Under the pieces are notes generated by a model, which saw only the letters and a list, made by a program, of their open reading frames with translations, did no database searches and had not been told where the DNA came from. Shown here one piece after another: positions 49,640 through 62,674 of a stretch of 64,000 bases of DNA; within the stretch, counting starts at the first letter, position 1, and every line of letters starts with the position of its first letter. Source of the stretch: Hydrolagus colliei. Its lineage: Eukaryota. Location: the NCBI GenBank assembly GCA_035084275.1, contig CM068757.1:6572001-6636000 (forward strand), in the 5' to 3' direction. A program made the position numbers and the translations under genes.

Positions 49640-50293
49640 AGGAATACTGTGTGAAACCACTCTTTACACTTAATTGTGCGCAATCTATACATTACATATC
49701 TTTGTGTTGTATATCTGGAAGTCTATCATTATATGTGCTCATCTGCTTCTGACTCAATTTCCTCTATTTCTCAGAGCGCCTCAAGATATTTATGTTTCTA
49801 CCTCACATAATAGTGAAAATGTTCCACTCAGCACTAACAATAGCTCTAAGCTTAAGGGACAAAAACAAATCTCCCAATAAAGACAAGAATTTCCTCATCA
49901 ACTGCAAAAATATTTCCTCAATAAACCCGCAGTGCTGACATTGCACCCACGTTTAACCTTCCCACCAAAGACAAAATAACTCCAGCATAAGCATGTTTAA
50001 CACCATAATTGTGGCGTTTGGCTCTGCTCTTGTCGAGTATAAACAGTATACCCCTACCAAGAAACCCATTCAATACATTACAATCACACAGGCACACTTC
50101 TTCATGCATTATCCATGACAGGTTTGTGGTGCACTGGGGATTGTACATAGGTTGCTTCTGTCATACTCTTGGTCTTCAATGTACTGAAGGTAGGAATAAA
50201 ACTGAAACCTAACTTGTCATGTGTAATCTTTAGTGTACCAAGACAGACCTCTTTTCTTTCTCTCTATCCCACATATACCTATACAGTACACAC

Positions 50294-50324
<31 letters not shown>

Positions 50325-51920
50325 GATGTATACATAATCAGTACTATCTGTATACTGTATGTGTATATATATAGATGTAGTTTTTGAACTAATATGACTC
50401 CATTACATTAATCTTCTAAATCCCCCATTGCTCTCCATAGTTCTATATTTAGTTGTGTTTGAAAATAGTGTTCTTATTGGCCGAATACTGTGCATTCAAT
50501 TAGGGACACTACAGCCCATCTGAGAATACCTTCCCAAGACCTCGAGCACGTGATTTGATGTGAACCAAATACCACATACAAATGCCAATGGTGACAGATC
50601 CATCCACTGCTATTTGAGCCTCGTCAGCAATTTTCATTTTTCTGTAACATTTATATTTTTGGTGGTAAACGCTTGCTCCCACGGGGTGAAAAGACCTTGA
50701 TGCTGGAAAATGAACCAATTTCCCACTTAAAAGAAATCTTAAATGTCAGCATTGGGTATTCTCCTGTCAGGGAAAGTTCAGACGGATTAAGAGCTTGCTG
50801 CACTCTGTCTCAGAGTGTCCACAGCAGTCTTAGAAGAATACTGTGCCTTACTACCCAGGTCTATGAATGTAGCTTTTTACTTAAACTTGCTGCCTCATCC
50901 TCCACAGTAAACCATTTTCTGCTGTGGGGCCAAGGGTCAGACTGGTCCCAAATTGCATATGGTCAGATTCTTGGATCTAACACAGAGAAATTATTTCATC
51001 TCATCAGTCTGGGCTGGATTCAACCTCCACACGTTTCCATTGGTGAAAGGACAGTGTGATAACCCCCCGAGCAGTGCAGCACAGCACATTGTGAAAGTAA
51101 CAGAAACTGTAATTGAAAAGTAATAACTTTGGACTCCGCCGTTGCTATCCCAGGAAAATGGAGAACATTAGGTCAAATGAAGAACTTGACTCTCGTCTCT
51201 TCCAATTTGATCTTCATTTCATCAATTCCCTCCATTCATTTCAACTTCGTTACCTGGAGGGTTTTCTTTTATATATAGTATATAAAAATATATATTTTTA
51301 AAATAAATTGAACAGCTATCACCTATAGATTAAGACCAAGACATTTTGCACCCCAAATAGTGAATTTTGTTTCTAGTTGTCAGCTTGCTTTCAGCTCCAC
51401 ACCACAAGCTCTCTTGCTTGAGCTTTATACATATGTTGCAGCCAGAACTTGTGTGATATAAAATATGAATATTCTTTTCTGAAAGGATCTACATACTGAA
51501 TGTTCATAGCCCTGCGATAGGGGGGGGCATATCATTGCAAAAATCAGACGCTAATTTTGCTCTAGTGTTGAAGTTGTGCCCTCGCCCTATTTTCTGAACG
51601 CAGTTTCAATTATTTCTTTTTTGCCTCAACTTTCTTCGCTCTCATTTGAAATATCCAAAGCATAATTCTTCTCAATCTTTTTCTGACGGGAATAATCTTC
51701 GTTTCTCTGGTCTGTTTTCTTAGCACAGTGATGAAATCTTTGCTGCTCTCGGCTATAACTGACCTTATGCTTTGATGTGTTTTTTCCAGAAGCGTGGTGA
51801 GTAAAACTAGATTTAATTTCAGTGGAGGTTCCCTTGTAATGTAAAGACATATCGGACTAAGATTTAGTGCTTCTGGCAGTGCAGCACATTTCATTTCCTT
51901 TATTAAGTAGTATCGCACAC
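49640..51920 (-). mobile_element. Very ancient fragmented CR1/L2-clade LINE (tentative)
   Basis: Weak motifs in the expected order on the minus strand: IIPVRK...W...KK (~51700), KLLTRLK / YL..KSR..GKVFSD (~50520-50640), NVLNGFLGRGI (~50050). Confidence 0.35.
50930..51065 (-). mobile_element. AmnSINE2-like 5' fragment
   Basis: Reverse reads CTGTCCTTTCACC...TTGAATCCAGCCCAGACTGATGAGATGAAA, similar to the recalled AmnSINE2 head. Confidence 0.5.
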
Positions 51921-54236
51921 TTCAGAGACATTTTCAAACCACTATTCAACCACCTCCAAGTGCTTCTCCTACCACACAAAATTTACAACCATTCAGCTTG
52001 AATTCAAATTAATGTTTTTACACACCTGTGTGAAATACATTACATTCGCATTTGTTGATAGGTCACTTGTGGCCATTCATATGAAAAGTTAACATCTGCA
52101 AATTTATTTATTTTTTTAGCTCAGTGTTAAACTTGTCCAAATGATATATTTCAGCAGTATTCACTTCTGCCGTGTTCCTTCCATTAAGACCTTCTGTAAT
52201 TTCATAAGCAATCAACATAATAGTGTAGTTGTTTCAATATTCTCACTTACATTACGTCAATTTATCCCCCAAGTATTAATTTTAAAATACAAAGTGAAAT
52301 GTCCTCCACCAATACAATTTTTGACTGATGGGAGTCTATTCTGCCTTCCACTTTTTCCTCCCTTAGGAACAAAATCTCACTTCTACAGATGTGATAAAAA
52401 CTCACCATGTGGTCATTCCAGTAAAGTGGATTCCAACCACTCTGTAGCAGAATGTACTGGTACCCTAATTGCTGGATAACTAATTTTTATTTTTATTCTC
52501 AAATTCTATGATTCTCAACTTTACTACCTTCACTTCTGGTGGTATTGCTTCAAATATTTTCTAAAAACCGATATATGATTTCTATTGATTCACTTCCATC
52601 ACATCTGAAAACATCCAACAAATTTCCTCAGAAAATCTCTCATTTAAAATTCCATACAGGCATTCATCTGTGAAATTTTCAATCATTAATGTCTTGTGTC
52701 CCTAACGTGTAGCATGTTTAAACTTATATGGTCACACACATAATTTGGCATTTCTTCATTATTTTAGTGCCAGTTATTATTCACACCAGTTAGATTGTGG
52801 AGTCGATGAAGTCCAACTCATGTGTAAACTACATGTAAATCACGTGTAATATGCTCCATGTGTAAACCATGTCCAATCATATGTGGGAACGGAAAGGCAA
52901 TTACAGATGCCCTTACTTTGGAAATTAACAATCAATGAAAAAGATCTACAATATTTAAGTAATTTCTTCAGTAACATTTCTGAATGCTTTGCGCTTGCCT
53001 TCAGCAAACATTGAGACACCAAGGTGTGGGCATTGATTTCTGATGTCTCGTCCTGGCTCCATGTGCTTTGTTTGAGCCACGAAAGTGCAACTTCGGTGTT
53101 GAGAGACCTACTAAATTAAGCAGCGAAATCAGAGGACCATTAACTTGCCCAATACAATTGTATTTGCAAAGTGTAGACATTGTGAAAATCCCAAGTGTTA
53201 CAATTACACAGGTAGCTGCTCAAATAAGCTTGGTACATATTTTAATGAATGTTCATTCCGAGACAACAAAACTCTGAAGTGAGAAGCAATATCCAACAAC
53301 ACAAGGACTGTGCTGTTCAAAGAGATGCAATGATCAAACCACTTACAACAAAAAAAAACCTCAAATGCATGATACAAGAAATCTTCAAAAGAATTTGTTC
53401 CCTTTTGTGAAAAAAAGTTATTCTTTACCTGTCTATTTCACTTTTGTTCCATCGGAGGATAAAACATAACGATGTTAAAGATCGTGAGATGAGTGCACTG
53501 GAGATGTACGAATGATAAAGAAACACTCGATTCTGCACTTCAAAAGAGAATTTACAGTGCCATTTTCAAACTTCTACAGCCTACAAATACCAAAGTCAAA
53601 TTATGCACAACATTCTGATCTTCGGGATCCAACTAAGGAAAAACAATTTAAATGATCTGCATCAAATGATTCCATGCGTAACAGGAATTTGCTTTTATTT
53701 GTGAAACAGACCCATGTCTTTCAGGGTAATAAACTGCTGAGCTTTCCGTGTTACGTGAGAAAGATAAAGCAGGATTTCACAGTGCAAGTGTGTGCTGTTT
53801 GACTGTTGCCGGTGCACTTTCAAGTCAGCATTTCATCCAATCATCAGAGCAAAATCAGCCTCCCAAGAAAAATAATGAAAATAGCAATCCCACAATAAGG
53901 CTTTTGTTTTGAGTGACATGATGTGCCTAGACATTATTAAACACCTGATCCAGATAATATCCCTGGCAAGAAATATCCTTCCTAAGGCATTCGTCTTAGG
54001 TTCCCCGTAGGAAAAGCAGCAGAACACAACTCGAGTTGGTATATTGGGTACCACATTACCTCCTCATTAGCACAAACTGCATTTACTGTATTTTCCTACA
54101 ATATCAGTCAAACTACTGTTGAGAAGACGCTCTGAACTTTGCCTGAGTTGTGCACTGTAGGGTCATTTGGGGAGTTTATGGAAATATATGTTGGTTTGAT
54201 GCTGAACCTGTCAATTTATTTTGATAATAATTGCAA

Positions 54237-54602
54237 AATAATAATCATTGCATTTGATACAGCAGGAGGACACCTCAAAGCGCCTAAAAGGATTTAATGT
54301 GAAGTGTAGTAACCATTTATTTTGTTTCCCACAGCGAGGTCCCACAAAACGCCATCAAATTAATCACATTAGGCACTGGCAAACCGAAGGAGGAAGAAAA
54401 CTAACAAACAAACCCGAGGCAATGATTTTGCTTGCCACAGATGACTGCTTTTGTTTCCAACGATAAGGAATCTTTTACTGGTTTCGTTACCTGACATTAT
54501 GTACTAATAATAATAACCCCTTACATTTGATAAAATGCACATTGTTGAGAAATCTCAAAGCGCTTCACTGAATATATAGCAAAGTGGATTGACTGAATTT
54601 TG
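54237..54602 (-). mobile_element. Two SINE/DeuSINE 3' fragments (54237-54370, 54505-54602)
   Basis: (TAA)n...CATTTGATA...CTCAAAGCGC in both. Confidence 0.7.
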
Positions 54603-56310
54603 CGAAAATATTTTAAAATATGATAAAATATTTTGTATTTCATTTTCAACAGAGACCATGAGAACACCTCTCAAATTGTCTGTATTTTTCCACACAAGAC
54701 ATCAACAACTGTCTCAATAGCTGCCGGAGTAGAATACAGTAGTTCAATGGATTGTATCCACCAGGACTTCTATGCCAAGTTCAAAAACGGGCCGAGCTGT
54801 CAAATATCAGCAAATGAAATCACTGGGGGCTTTTCCACCCAGAGATCTTCCCTCAAATGGTGAAGGACAATGACATCCAGCAGCTGGAACCTGATAGAGA
54901 ATTCTGCTTTGCCTTTAGCTAAATGTTAAAGAGTAAATGAGAATGCCTCCCTGCAGCAACAAATATGTAATTGGCTGTGGTTTAAGCTGATCAAAATAGA
55001 GAGAAACAAAATCTACGAGCGCGGGCCGAGGATTCTCAAGGCCCTGCAGAATGTCACCTGTATGTTCACATACAATTATGAACAGTTTATTCAGCCAAAC
55101 TACAAACAAATGACCTGATCCGAAACAAGCTGTGGCTTGCCAGTTGGTACCTTGGTTGCTTTCTTGTTCTATAGGTTCGATGTTAACGTTAGATATTATT
55201 CTCTCATGGAGGAGTAATCTTATAGACCGGATAAAAGCTTTTCAAGTTGTTTCTCCAAAAGGCTCTGTTTGGACAAAGACAGTAATCACGGCACCACTGG
55301 TAAGGTAGTGTGCACAATCGGAGCTGGTCAAACAATACTACTGAATTCTTCATTTTGACTCATTTTGATTCACTTTCGTGCCATGAATCAAAACTTTCAG
55401 TGCAATACACTTTTCTTGATTCATTAATAAAATATCTCACGTGACTGTATTGTGTTCAGGTTAAGCTGACCACAAATATTTACCTCCCTCCCCTTGCCTG
55501 CGACGTCACTGACTTACCTCCTTGGTGTTTATGCTGTGAGATATTTGGCATCTACATACTGTGGTTCTCTAAATGTAACTACAGCAGGAATACAATACCA
55601 CTCAGTTTCTTTACTTGTATCCAACTAGCCAATGAGGGAATGCCTATTATTAAAAAATAAAACAGCAGTGCACATTTGCGCCTTACATTTGCTTCTAATC
55701 TGCAGCTTTGTCCCTATGCTGATGTGTAGTATATTTAACAAATTATATTCCTCACTGTCTCTTTTTATACATTCAATTAGTTATGGCCTTTGGCTCATGC
55801 ACCATACCCTGACTAACCCTCTGCCCTGTGGCTCAGTCCTAACCGAAGGTGAAGGGCAAGTCATAGAAATAATAATATCGGAGCTGAATCAAGTACCGCT
55901 GAAACTTCTCGTAGAGGCTTTACCAGCTGCGAGGAAAATAACAATTTCATTCATCAATCTGGGCTGGAAGCAAAGCAATTCTTGAGAGGTTTTAGTGCGG
56001 CGCAACTTAACAAAACCCACCACACTCTTCAAGGCTATTTACAGCAAACCTGACAGGTATAAGAGTCATGTTCAAGGCATTCTCAAGCCCATCTCCTCTT
56101 TCTCATAATTGACGCTCTCGGAAGTTGATCCTCATCAACCAGTGTCCAAGGCTAGACATATTAATTAGGGATTTGAGGGATGGCAGGTAGCAGTTTGAAT
56201 TTACAGACATTGAACCACTTGTGATGAAATGGAATGCCAGCACCACAGCAGCTAATATAGCACAGGACGTGCGTCAAAACTAGGACATGATTACAGATGG
56301 CTCAGTCCCT

Positions 56311-56589
56311 CATCCAATTGCTTGCAGCAGTGTCCCACAAACATTTGTGGATTTAGTTACCAAATTATTATTCTTTCGTTTTTAAAAATAATTATTGTAG
56401 GGATTATAACCTCCAGAAAAGCAATTGCATCAATCGACTTAACATCCGGGTTTCTAACTACTGTTCGGTGAACAGGGAGTGTGGAGCAAGGAAAGTTGCC
56501 AAAGAATTCCCTCTGTCTGGGAATCAACAGCAGTTCCTCTCGCTTGTGGGGGGAGGGGGGGGGGGAGTGCTCTAACCAATAAGCTACAG
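56311..56589 (-). mobile_element. Long (older) subfamily SINE, tail missing
   Basis: Head GTGCTCTAACCAATAAGCTACAG, GTGTGGAGCAAGGAAAGTTGCC, and the extra internal segment shared with the 14720 copy. Confidence 0.8.
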
Positions 56590-57681
56590 CTTCTGACAAT
56601 ACACCTGTCGTTGTATGGGACAGACGTTCGTAGAATCCCAGGCACTCAGTACAGAGCAGCATTCTGACTGGTGTGCTTCCTTGTTCTGGTAGACACTTCC
56701 ACACAAAGGGCAGCTGTTGCAATATTACCAAAGCTGCCAAGGCCCACCACAGGAAACTGGCAATGACCCAGTGACCCAATGGAAACCTACTCGTTCGTAG
56801 TCATTCATCATCGCATCACCACAAACATAGTCACAGGCGCCACAAAGAATTCAAACTCGACTGATCCCATAATGAGTTAAAAACAGACCCGATGAGATCC
56901 AGAAATTCAATAGGTTACCATTTATCCATCTAATCACAGCCCAGATTGTAATTTAAACACAAGGCTGTATTGAACAAATACTGAACATAATAGTGGGTTA
57001 TTCAATGATTTAAAATGTCGAAACCTTTAATCAGCAATTTGTTGAATTAGAAAAACACTTGTGATCTGAGGGTTAATTGACTACATGTTAAGCTATTAGA
57101 TATTGGATAGGGTAAAATCACTTTCTTTTTATGGAACAGACGCATTGAATGGTGGATACCTTGAACTTGCTGCTGATTTGCTTGATAGCCTGCAGCAGGG
57201 ATGTTTTGAAAGGACAGGTTCTGATACTTCATGTTCTACAGAGGATATTGGTCCTGAAGTCCTAACTTTGTTCTGTGTTCACTCACACTACGTCCCTTGT
57301 GATATTGCCTTCCTTTGATCGATTTCAGCTCAGGCGTTTGTACATGTTAGTCATAAAATATGTAAAAGATTAATTTTGTGATTGAGGCGAGATTAGTTAT
57401 TTATGAACTTGCTGTTTAAACTAATTTACGCAGATGTTTAAAAGCTGAATTTGTTTACTGATAACTTTGAAGTACTGTGGAATGGTTGACAACTCCAGCA
57501 TACTTAAGTAGCTCATGCAGTTTGGATGCTGGGACACATCAACATCTGACACGCATCATAATTTTTCAGTCTCCAGCCTAAATATGGCTCAAATATGCAG
57601 TTCCATTGTGCATTCGTTCCCTTATTCGTTCTGGTGCCAAAATGTGAATGAAATATAACGTACGGGATTAAATGGGAAACA

Positions 57682-57729
57682 TTGAGACATCTCAACGACA
57701 TGTTAAAATGCAAGGATTATTATTATTAT
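57682..57729 (+). mobile_element. SINE tail fragment
   Basis: TTGAGACATCTCAA...AAATGCAAGGATTATTATTAT. Confidence 0.75.
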
Positions 57730-57935
57730 CACCATCAAGAGACAGGAGTTATGCTCTCTACCACACCACAAAGAAAACAAAAAAGACTGATAAAGTTGGC
57801 AAAAGCCACAAATGTCCTACAGAGATTACAGAAAATCAGTGCGTGAATTGGAATAGGATTTGGTAATTTGAAGTTGACGAAACCCCGTGCCTTCATCCAA
57901 ACTCTGCTGTTCAAAGATTGCAAGAGAATGGAGTA

Positions 57936-57996
57936 GGTGGGGGGGGGGGGGGGGGGGGGGGGAGGAGGGGGGGGGGGGGGGGAGGAGGGGGGGGAG
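57936..57996 (+). repeat. Long poly-G / GGA tract
   Basis: 24 consecutive G (57939-57962) followed by further G runs broken by AGGA. Confidence 0.95.
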
Positions 57997-58805
57997 AAAG
58001 TGGAAAGGAACATATACAGAAGCTGTTGATGTGTAAAATGCATCAGTATGTAACATCTGAATTTTATGAAGGCTTTCTTGAAGCTCTTCAGAAAAATTGT
58101 TGTGCCAAATCCCAAAGTATCGCAGACATGAAAGATATATTTTTAACTGTGATAGGCAGAGGGGGCAATGGAGGCAGCAGACTTCAGATACAATCTGCTT
58201 TGAAGTGGCTTTCAAGCTGGTCAGAAGTTTCCCATGATCTGTAAATGTTGGAATTGAGTGCGTGTTAGAAATGTATTCAGGTTGATGGGTGTACAGAAGA
58301 GGACTGGACTCAGGTCTCAAGCTGGGTGTCTGTCTGTCTATACAAGTTACAGAGGCAGAATCTGAACTACTCCCCAGACTCATACCTTAAAGAGCAACTC
58401 AGTTGCAGAACTGACTGCAAAATAGTAAGTTTGGTAAAGTTTTGCGGTAAAGATGGTGCTTGCTCATCCACTCAGCTTAGTCACTCTAATCATAATTCTC
58501 TCTTCATATCCTTTTCAATGTACCTCTCAAAACTTTTTCCAATTCCATTTCAAAATATAGTACATCGTCTCAGACACACAGCTACGTGTCCCGAAACGTT
58601 CTGATCTGCTTGTCAGTGCCACATTAAACAGTTCCTGTACCCACTGAGTCATCACGGGGGCCCCACCATTCCACTTCACCACAAAGCTTCATTCTCCCTC
58701 TTCTTTGTGCTTCTCTTAGACAACAGCAGGTAGATGTGCAGCTCAACAGCTTCCAATCACAAGGCAGTCACAACAAACAATATGAACAGACAAACTTTGA
58801 AAGCT

Positions 58806-58878
58806 AGCACCTTGGAACGTCCTCCTAACGTGAAAGGTGCTATACAAATATAATTTTGTTGTTGTTTTTATTGTTGTT
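58806..58878 (+). mobile_element. L2 3' end fragment, (TTG)n tail
   Basis: AGCACCTTGGAACGTCCTCCTAACGTGAAAGGTGCTATACAAATATAATTTTGTTGTTG. Confidence 0.8.
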
Positions 58879-61054
58879 GATCATGATGCCCTTTACTGTT
58901 AAAATGCATCATTAAATCATCTTTCTGGTATCCATATAATCAACTCAAAATTACCTTTGACATTCCTCACTAAAACAATGGAACTAAAACAATAACACAC
59001 TGATTAAATCAAAGCGAAACGCCAAGGACTCTTCACTAGTGTCCCACTGTGATTTCAGGATGTCCAGCATTGCCACTTTAAAGCGTCGCCTGGATCACGC
59101 ATCGCCCATTTAAAGCACCGAAAAAATAGAATTAAATGTCTTCCGTGCTGTAGCATTATGTGCAAAGTCCTCAGTTAGAAGCCCTCACAAAACAACATTC
59201 CACAAACAGCCCTAATTTCTAAGGCTTAACTTTTGCATGTTTAATCGCTGCCTTATTTCCCAACAGAAACTGACAGCAGGATGATAGGGACGCAAGAAAA
59301 AAGAAACGGACAAAAGTACAGGACAGCAACACATAGAAAAGGTAGCAAGTGCGTATGTTAACAAAAGGCCTGGCCTTCATTGTCAAATGAGGTCAAGCCA
59401 ATCTGATTACTCATACGTGACATTTGAGCTTGTCACTGCTGTTTAACATCTCATTAATTGAATTTGTTCTCCAAAATAAATTGTCAATGTTTGCAAACTT
59501 TTTTTTTTGGCAGGTGATTCAAAATGAGCTTCAAGTTTCAACTTATTAAAAAAAAGGGTAACTTTGGTTACATTTAGAAGTATCATTTCAAACCTGGAAA
59601 CGTAATAGCTTCAGAGTATAAGGAGATGATTTTTTAAAAAAACTTTGTACACCAACATTTTCAAAACAATCAGAGGTGAGGTCATAATTATAGCTGCAAG
59701 CTCCTAAAAAAATCAACTCTAAATGATTGAATTTAACAAATGTGAAAATTACGAAGGATGTTACATTTCAAAGCTAAGAACATGAATAATCCAGTACTTT
59801 TGGTGTTGGGAAAATAAAGAACGCAAACAAAACTGTCGTGTTCAAAAGAGATGGAATTATGTGTTGACAAACCAATTACCAGGGTCGTTAGAAAGGTTTG
59901 CAGAGCACGTCTTGCTCACTTGAATTGCGTCGAGAAGTACTTTGATAATCACACAAGTGGCTTTTTCACATTCGTGACAACTGTATACCGGAAAAGAAAA
60001 ACTATTTTTAATCGTGAAAATTGCTCTTTGAAATAGCTTTTATGCACTTTAGCACAGGCACAGAGTGGAGTTTTGATACGAACTGAAGCATCCCGCTACC
60101 TAATTTAGTAGCAAATTATTTTCAGCTACAATGACCACTCTCGATTTAATGTTTCCAGTTCATCTTGTTTAACAGTATTTTAAAATCTGGTGCACAAGTC
60201 GAAATTTAATACAAAATTTTCATGATGGACAACCTTGGAGTGCAATGTTTACAATGGGATGAGATCTATACTGCTTTTTTAAAAATAAAAAATAAACCAT
60301 GTTGAGCACAGGTTACTCAGGTGCAAATACACGGAGAAATACTGCACAAGAAAAGCTTGTTCTTTTATTCCCAATAATGTAAATCATCAGGCTTTAAATT
60401 ACACGACAAAGCAATTATACTCGAACAACTGCTCTGTTGTCCTTCCATCTACCAACACCAGCTTCTAAACCAACTGAAAATTAACACTTTTGTGCAGCAC
60501 TCACAGCAAAGGAGTTTAGAAGAACCGAAGAGTTATCCTTCTTTTTATAGAAGTGTTTGGCAATTATCAAAAATAACCTGCAAACTTCAAAATCTAACGA
60601 CCATGACAGTAATAAAGAACTTCTCTCAACTGCAGAGCATGGTACAGCACTGTGAGGTTTGAAAGGTCTAAAAGAAAAACAGCTCATGTCGTAACCAAAA
60701 TTCAGATGATGATCTAAAAACTGGCTATGATACTCCATGCTGACCAACTAACCTTTTCACATTCAATGCTGTATTATTTGTTATAACGTATGTTGACTTG
60801 CAACTGGGATTTGAGACGTCAAGAATATTTAAGTCCAGAATACAATCACTCTCCATACAACTGTGAGTTCTAGAAAAAAGAACTTTCTATGACTATAAAC
60901 CCTGCTATATTCTACACAATGCCTCGTGGTAATAATCAAAGTTTATAGCTCAACACGGCTCAGTTCACATTGTGTTCACATCCTAATGATTTTCAGTGAC
61001 AGAGGCTTTTGTCAAAGGTGGATATTTTCCATCACAAACAATTACACTGTGGGG

Positions 61055-61182
61055 AATAATAATATTAGTCCTCGCATTTGATATAACACCTTGTGACATC
61101 TTCTTGACATCTCAAAATGCTTCACAGAACGTACTGTATAGTGAATTGACTGTATATTTTGTTGGTGTAACGCAGCAGCCAA
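61055..61182 (-). mobile_element. SINE 3' fragment
   Basis: CGCATTTGATAT...GCTTCACAGAA...GTGAATTGACTGTATATTT. Confidence 0.85.
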
Positions 61183-61399
61183 GTAAGGAATATTTTTCAA
61201 TTGTGAATCCATGTGAAAAATACGCCATTCTCTATAGATGTACAATGCTTGTTAAACAGTGCCATTTTGAGATCTTTGGAGACATTGCACTTCCAAATCT
61301 TCAGTATGGGATTGACTCATTACTTTGTCCATCTCCCCATTTTACAATGTTAAAATCAGGAATAAGAGAGAAACTGGTGACTATTTGATATCTTTACCA

Positions 61400-61545
61400 A
61401 AGGAAAAACAATACAACAAAGGGAAAGAGATGCATATTGACATCGGAAGAATAAAGGTCAGACAGTTAGGCTGTAATACAGTGAAAGCCAACGCAAGCTA
61501 AACATGTCAAGAAGGTATAAGATGCTTAGACAATAATTTATGGCA
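61400..61545 (+). mobile_element. CR1 ORF2 remnant
   Basis: Peptide VKANAS*TCQEGIRCLD resembles KANxxLGCIxRGI. Confidence 0.35.
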
Positions 61546-62212
61546 TCACCCAGATATTTATCCCAACCCCCAAAAAATCAATATAATACGTTGTCGCTAA
61601 AGTGCACAAGAAATCGTCAGATTAACAAAAGGCAACAATCCCATAATCTCATTCTAGGGAAATTGCATCTGTGAGAAATTTGTCAAATCATGTTTTCTTT
61701 ACAAGAATCCTATATGGTTTGACAAAGCTTATTTAATAAAGCTCTCCATTCTGCAGCAACTGGAAATTTGGGGGGAAAGATTAAATCGGTGCTTTACAAA
61801 GCTGCAATTCACTGTATTCATAACACTTTTACTGTTACACCAGCTCAAATTTACGACAGAGCCAGCCAACTGATCCTATCACCTATTTATTCCATCAAAG
61901 GCACTCCATTTGCAATATCAGCATCACATAGAAATGGCTGAAAGTGGAAGGATGGCAACAAGATGAGGCAAAGGAAATATGTAATGTTTCACCACAAGGT
62001 TAGAATCTGTGAAGCCAAACCAAGGAGGTGAGCTTCTCACAAGGGAGGACATTACATCTGCTGAGAGGAGCACAGAACAAGAGAAACATCAACGAAACAA
62101 TGAAGGTAAGAATGAGTAACAAGGTCAACAAAGTAATAATCGATACTTGCTGCAAAACTTTGAACTCAAAGTGAACAAAAAGATAAGAGATATTTAGAGA
62201 AAATGATAAATA

Positions 62213-62286
62213 AATAATAATAATCCTTGCATTTCATGTAGCACCTCTTCAAGATGCCTCTTCAACGCACTTCACGGAATATACTG
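62213..62286 (-). mobile_element. SINE 3' fragment
   Basis: AATAATAATAATCCTTGCATTT...CACTTCACGGAATATACTG. Confidence 0.8.
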
Positions 62287-62448
62287 GGAGGGGGGGGGGG
62301 GAGGGGGGGGGGTATCTTTAATGTCCTCACGACCATCCTTGAAGTGAGCCCTGACACCACATTGTCAAAGATTAAATATACTGTATATTATATATTATAG
62401 ATATATATTTACAGTATTATGTATTTTATTTGCTTGGAAACAAATAGC

Positions 62449-62674
62449 TTCACAGTCAGTTAGTTGCTAGAATCTGGAACACTTTCCCCACAAATTGTTA
62501 CCCAGCTCATAACATTTAAAAGGCAATTGGATCCACTTCTGAAAATGAAAAAATATAAATGGATTCGGGGAAAGAGCAGAGAATTGGAATTAGCGTAATT
62601 AGATCCAATGAGCAACAGCATGAATTTAGACTTGATGGGCTGAATGGCCTCCCGCGATGCTGTAATTTCTGTGA
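62449..62674 (+). mobile_element. CR1 3' end
   Basis: Frameshifted peptides IWNTFP, ITFKRQLD, GFGERAENWN*, then UTR GATGGGCTGAATGGCCTCC...TGCTGTAATTTCTGTG. Confidence 0.8.

Noticed and set aside
52840-53022. RT-like peptide (LLKKLLKYCRSFSLIVN)
   Set aside because: Suggestive of a decayed LINE, but lacks the YADD motif and supporting flanks; too weak to call.
57103-57318. Protein-like ORF (DALNGGYLELAADLLDSL...)
   Set aside because: No polypyrimidine acceptor, no recognisable family and a non-ATG start.
57735-58383. Poly-Pro / poly-Gly ORFs (126-185 aa)
   Set aside because: Produced by the G homopolymer, which lacks stop codons; the flanking peptide is unremarkable.
58573-58604. Hairpin followed by CCGAAACGTT (PLE hammerhead-like)
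   Set aside because: The CUGAnGA box is absent upstream and no pLTR sequence follows.
4455-62286. CRISPR-like recurring repeat
   Set aside because: Repeats are dispersed, in both orientations, variably truncated and carry microsatellite tails: retroposons, not an array.
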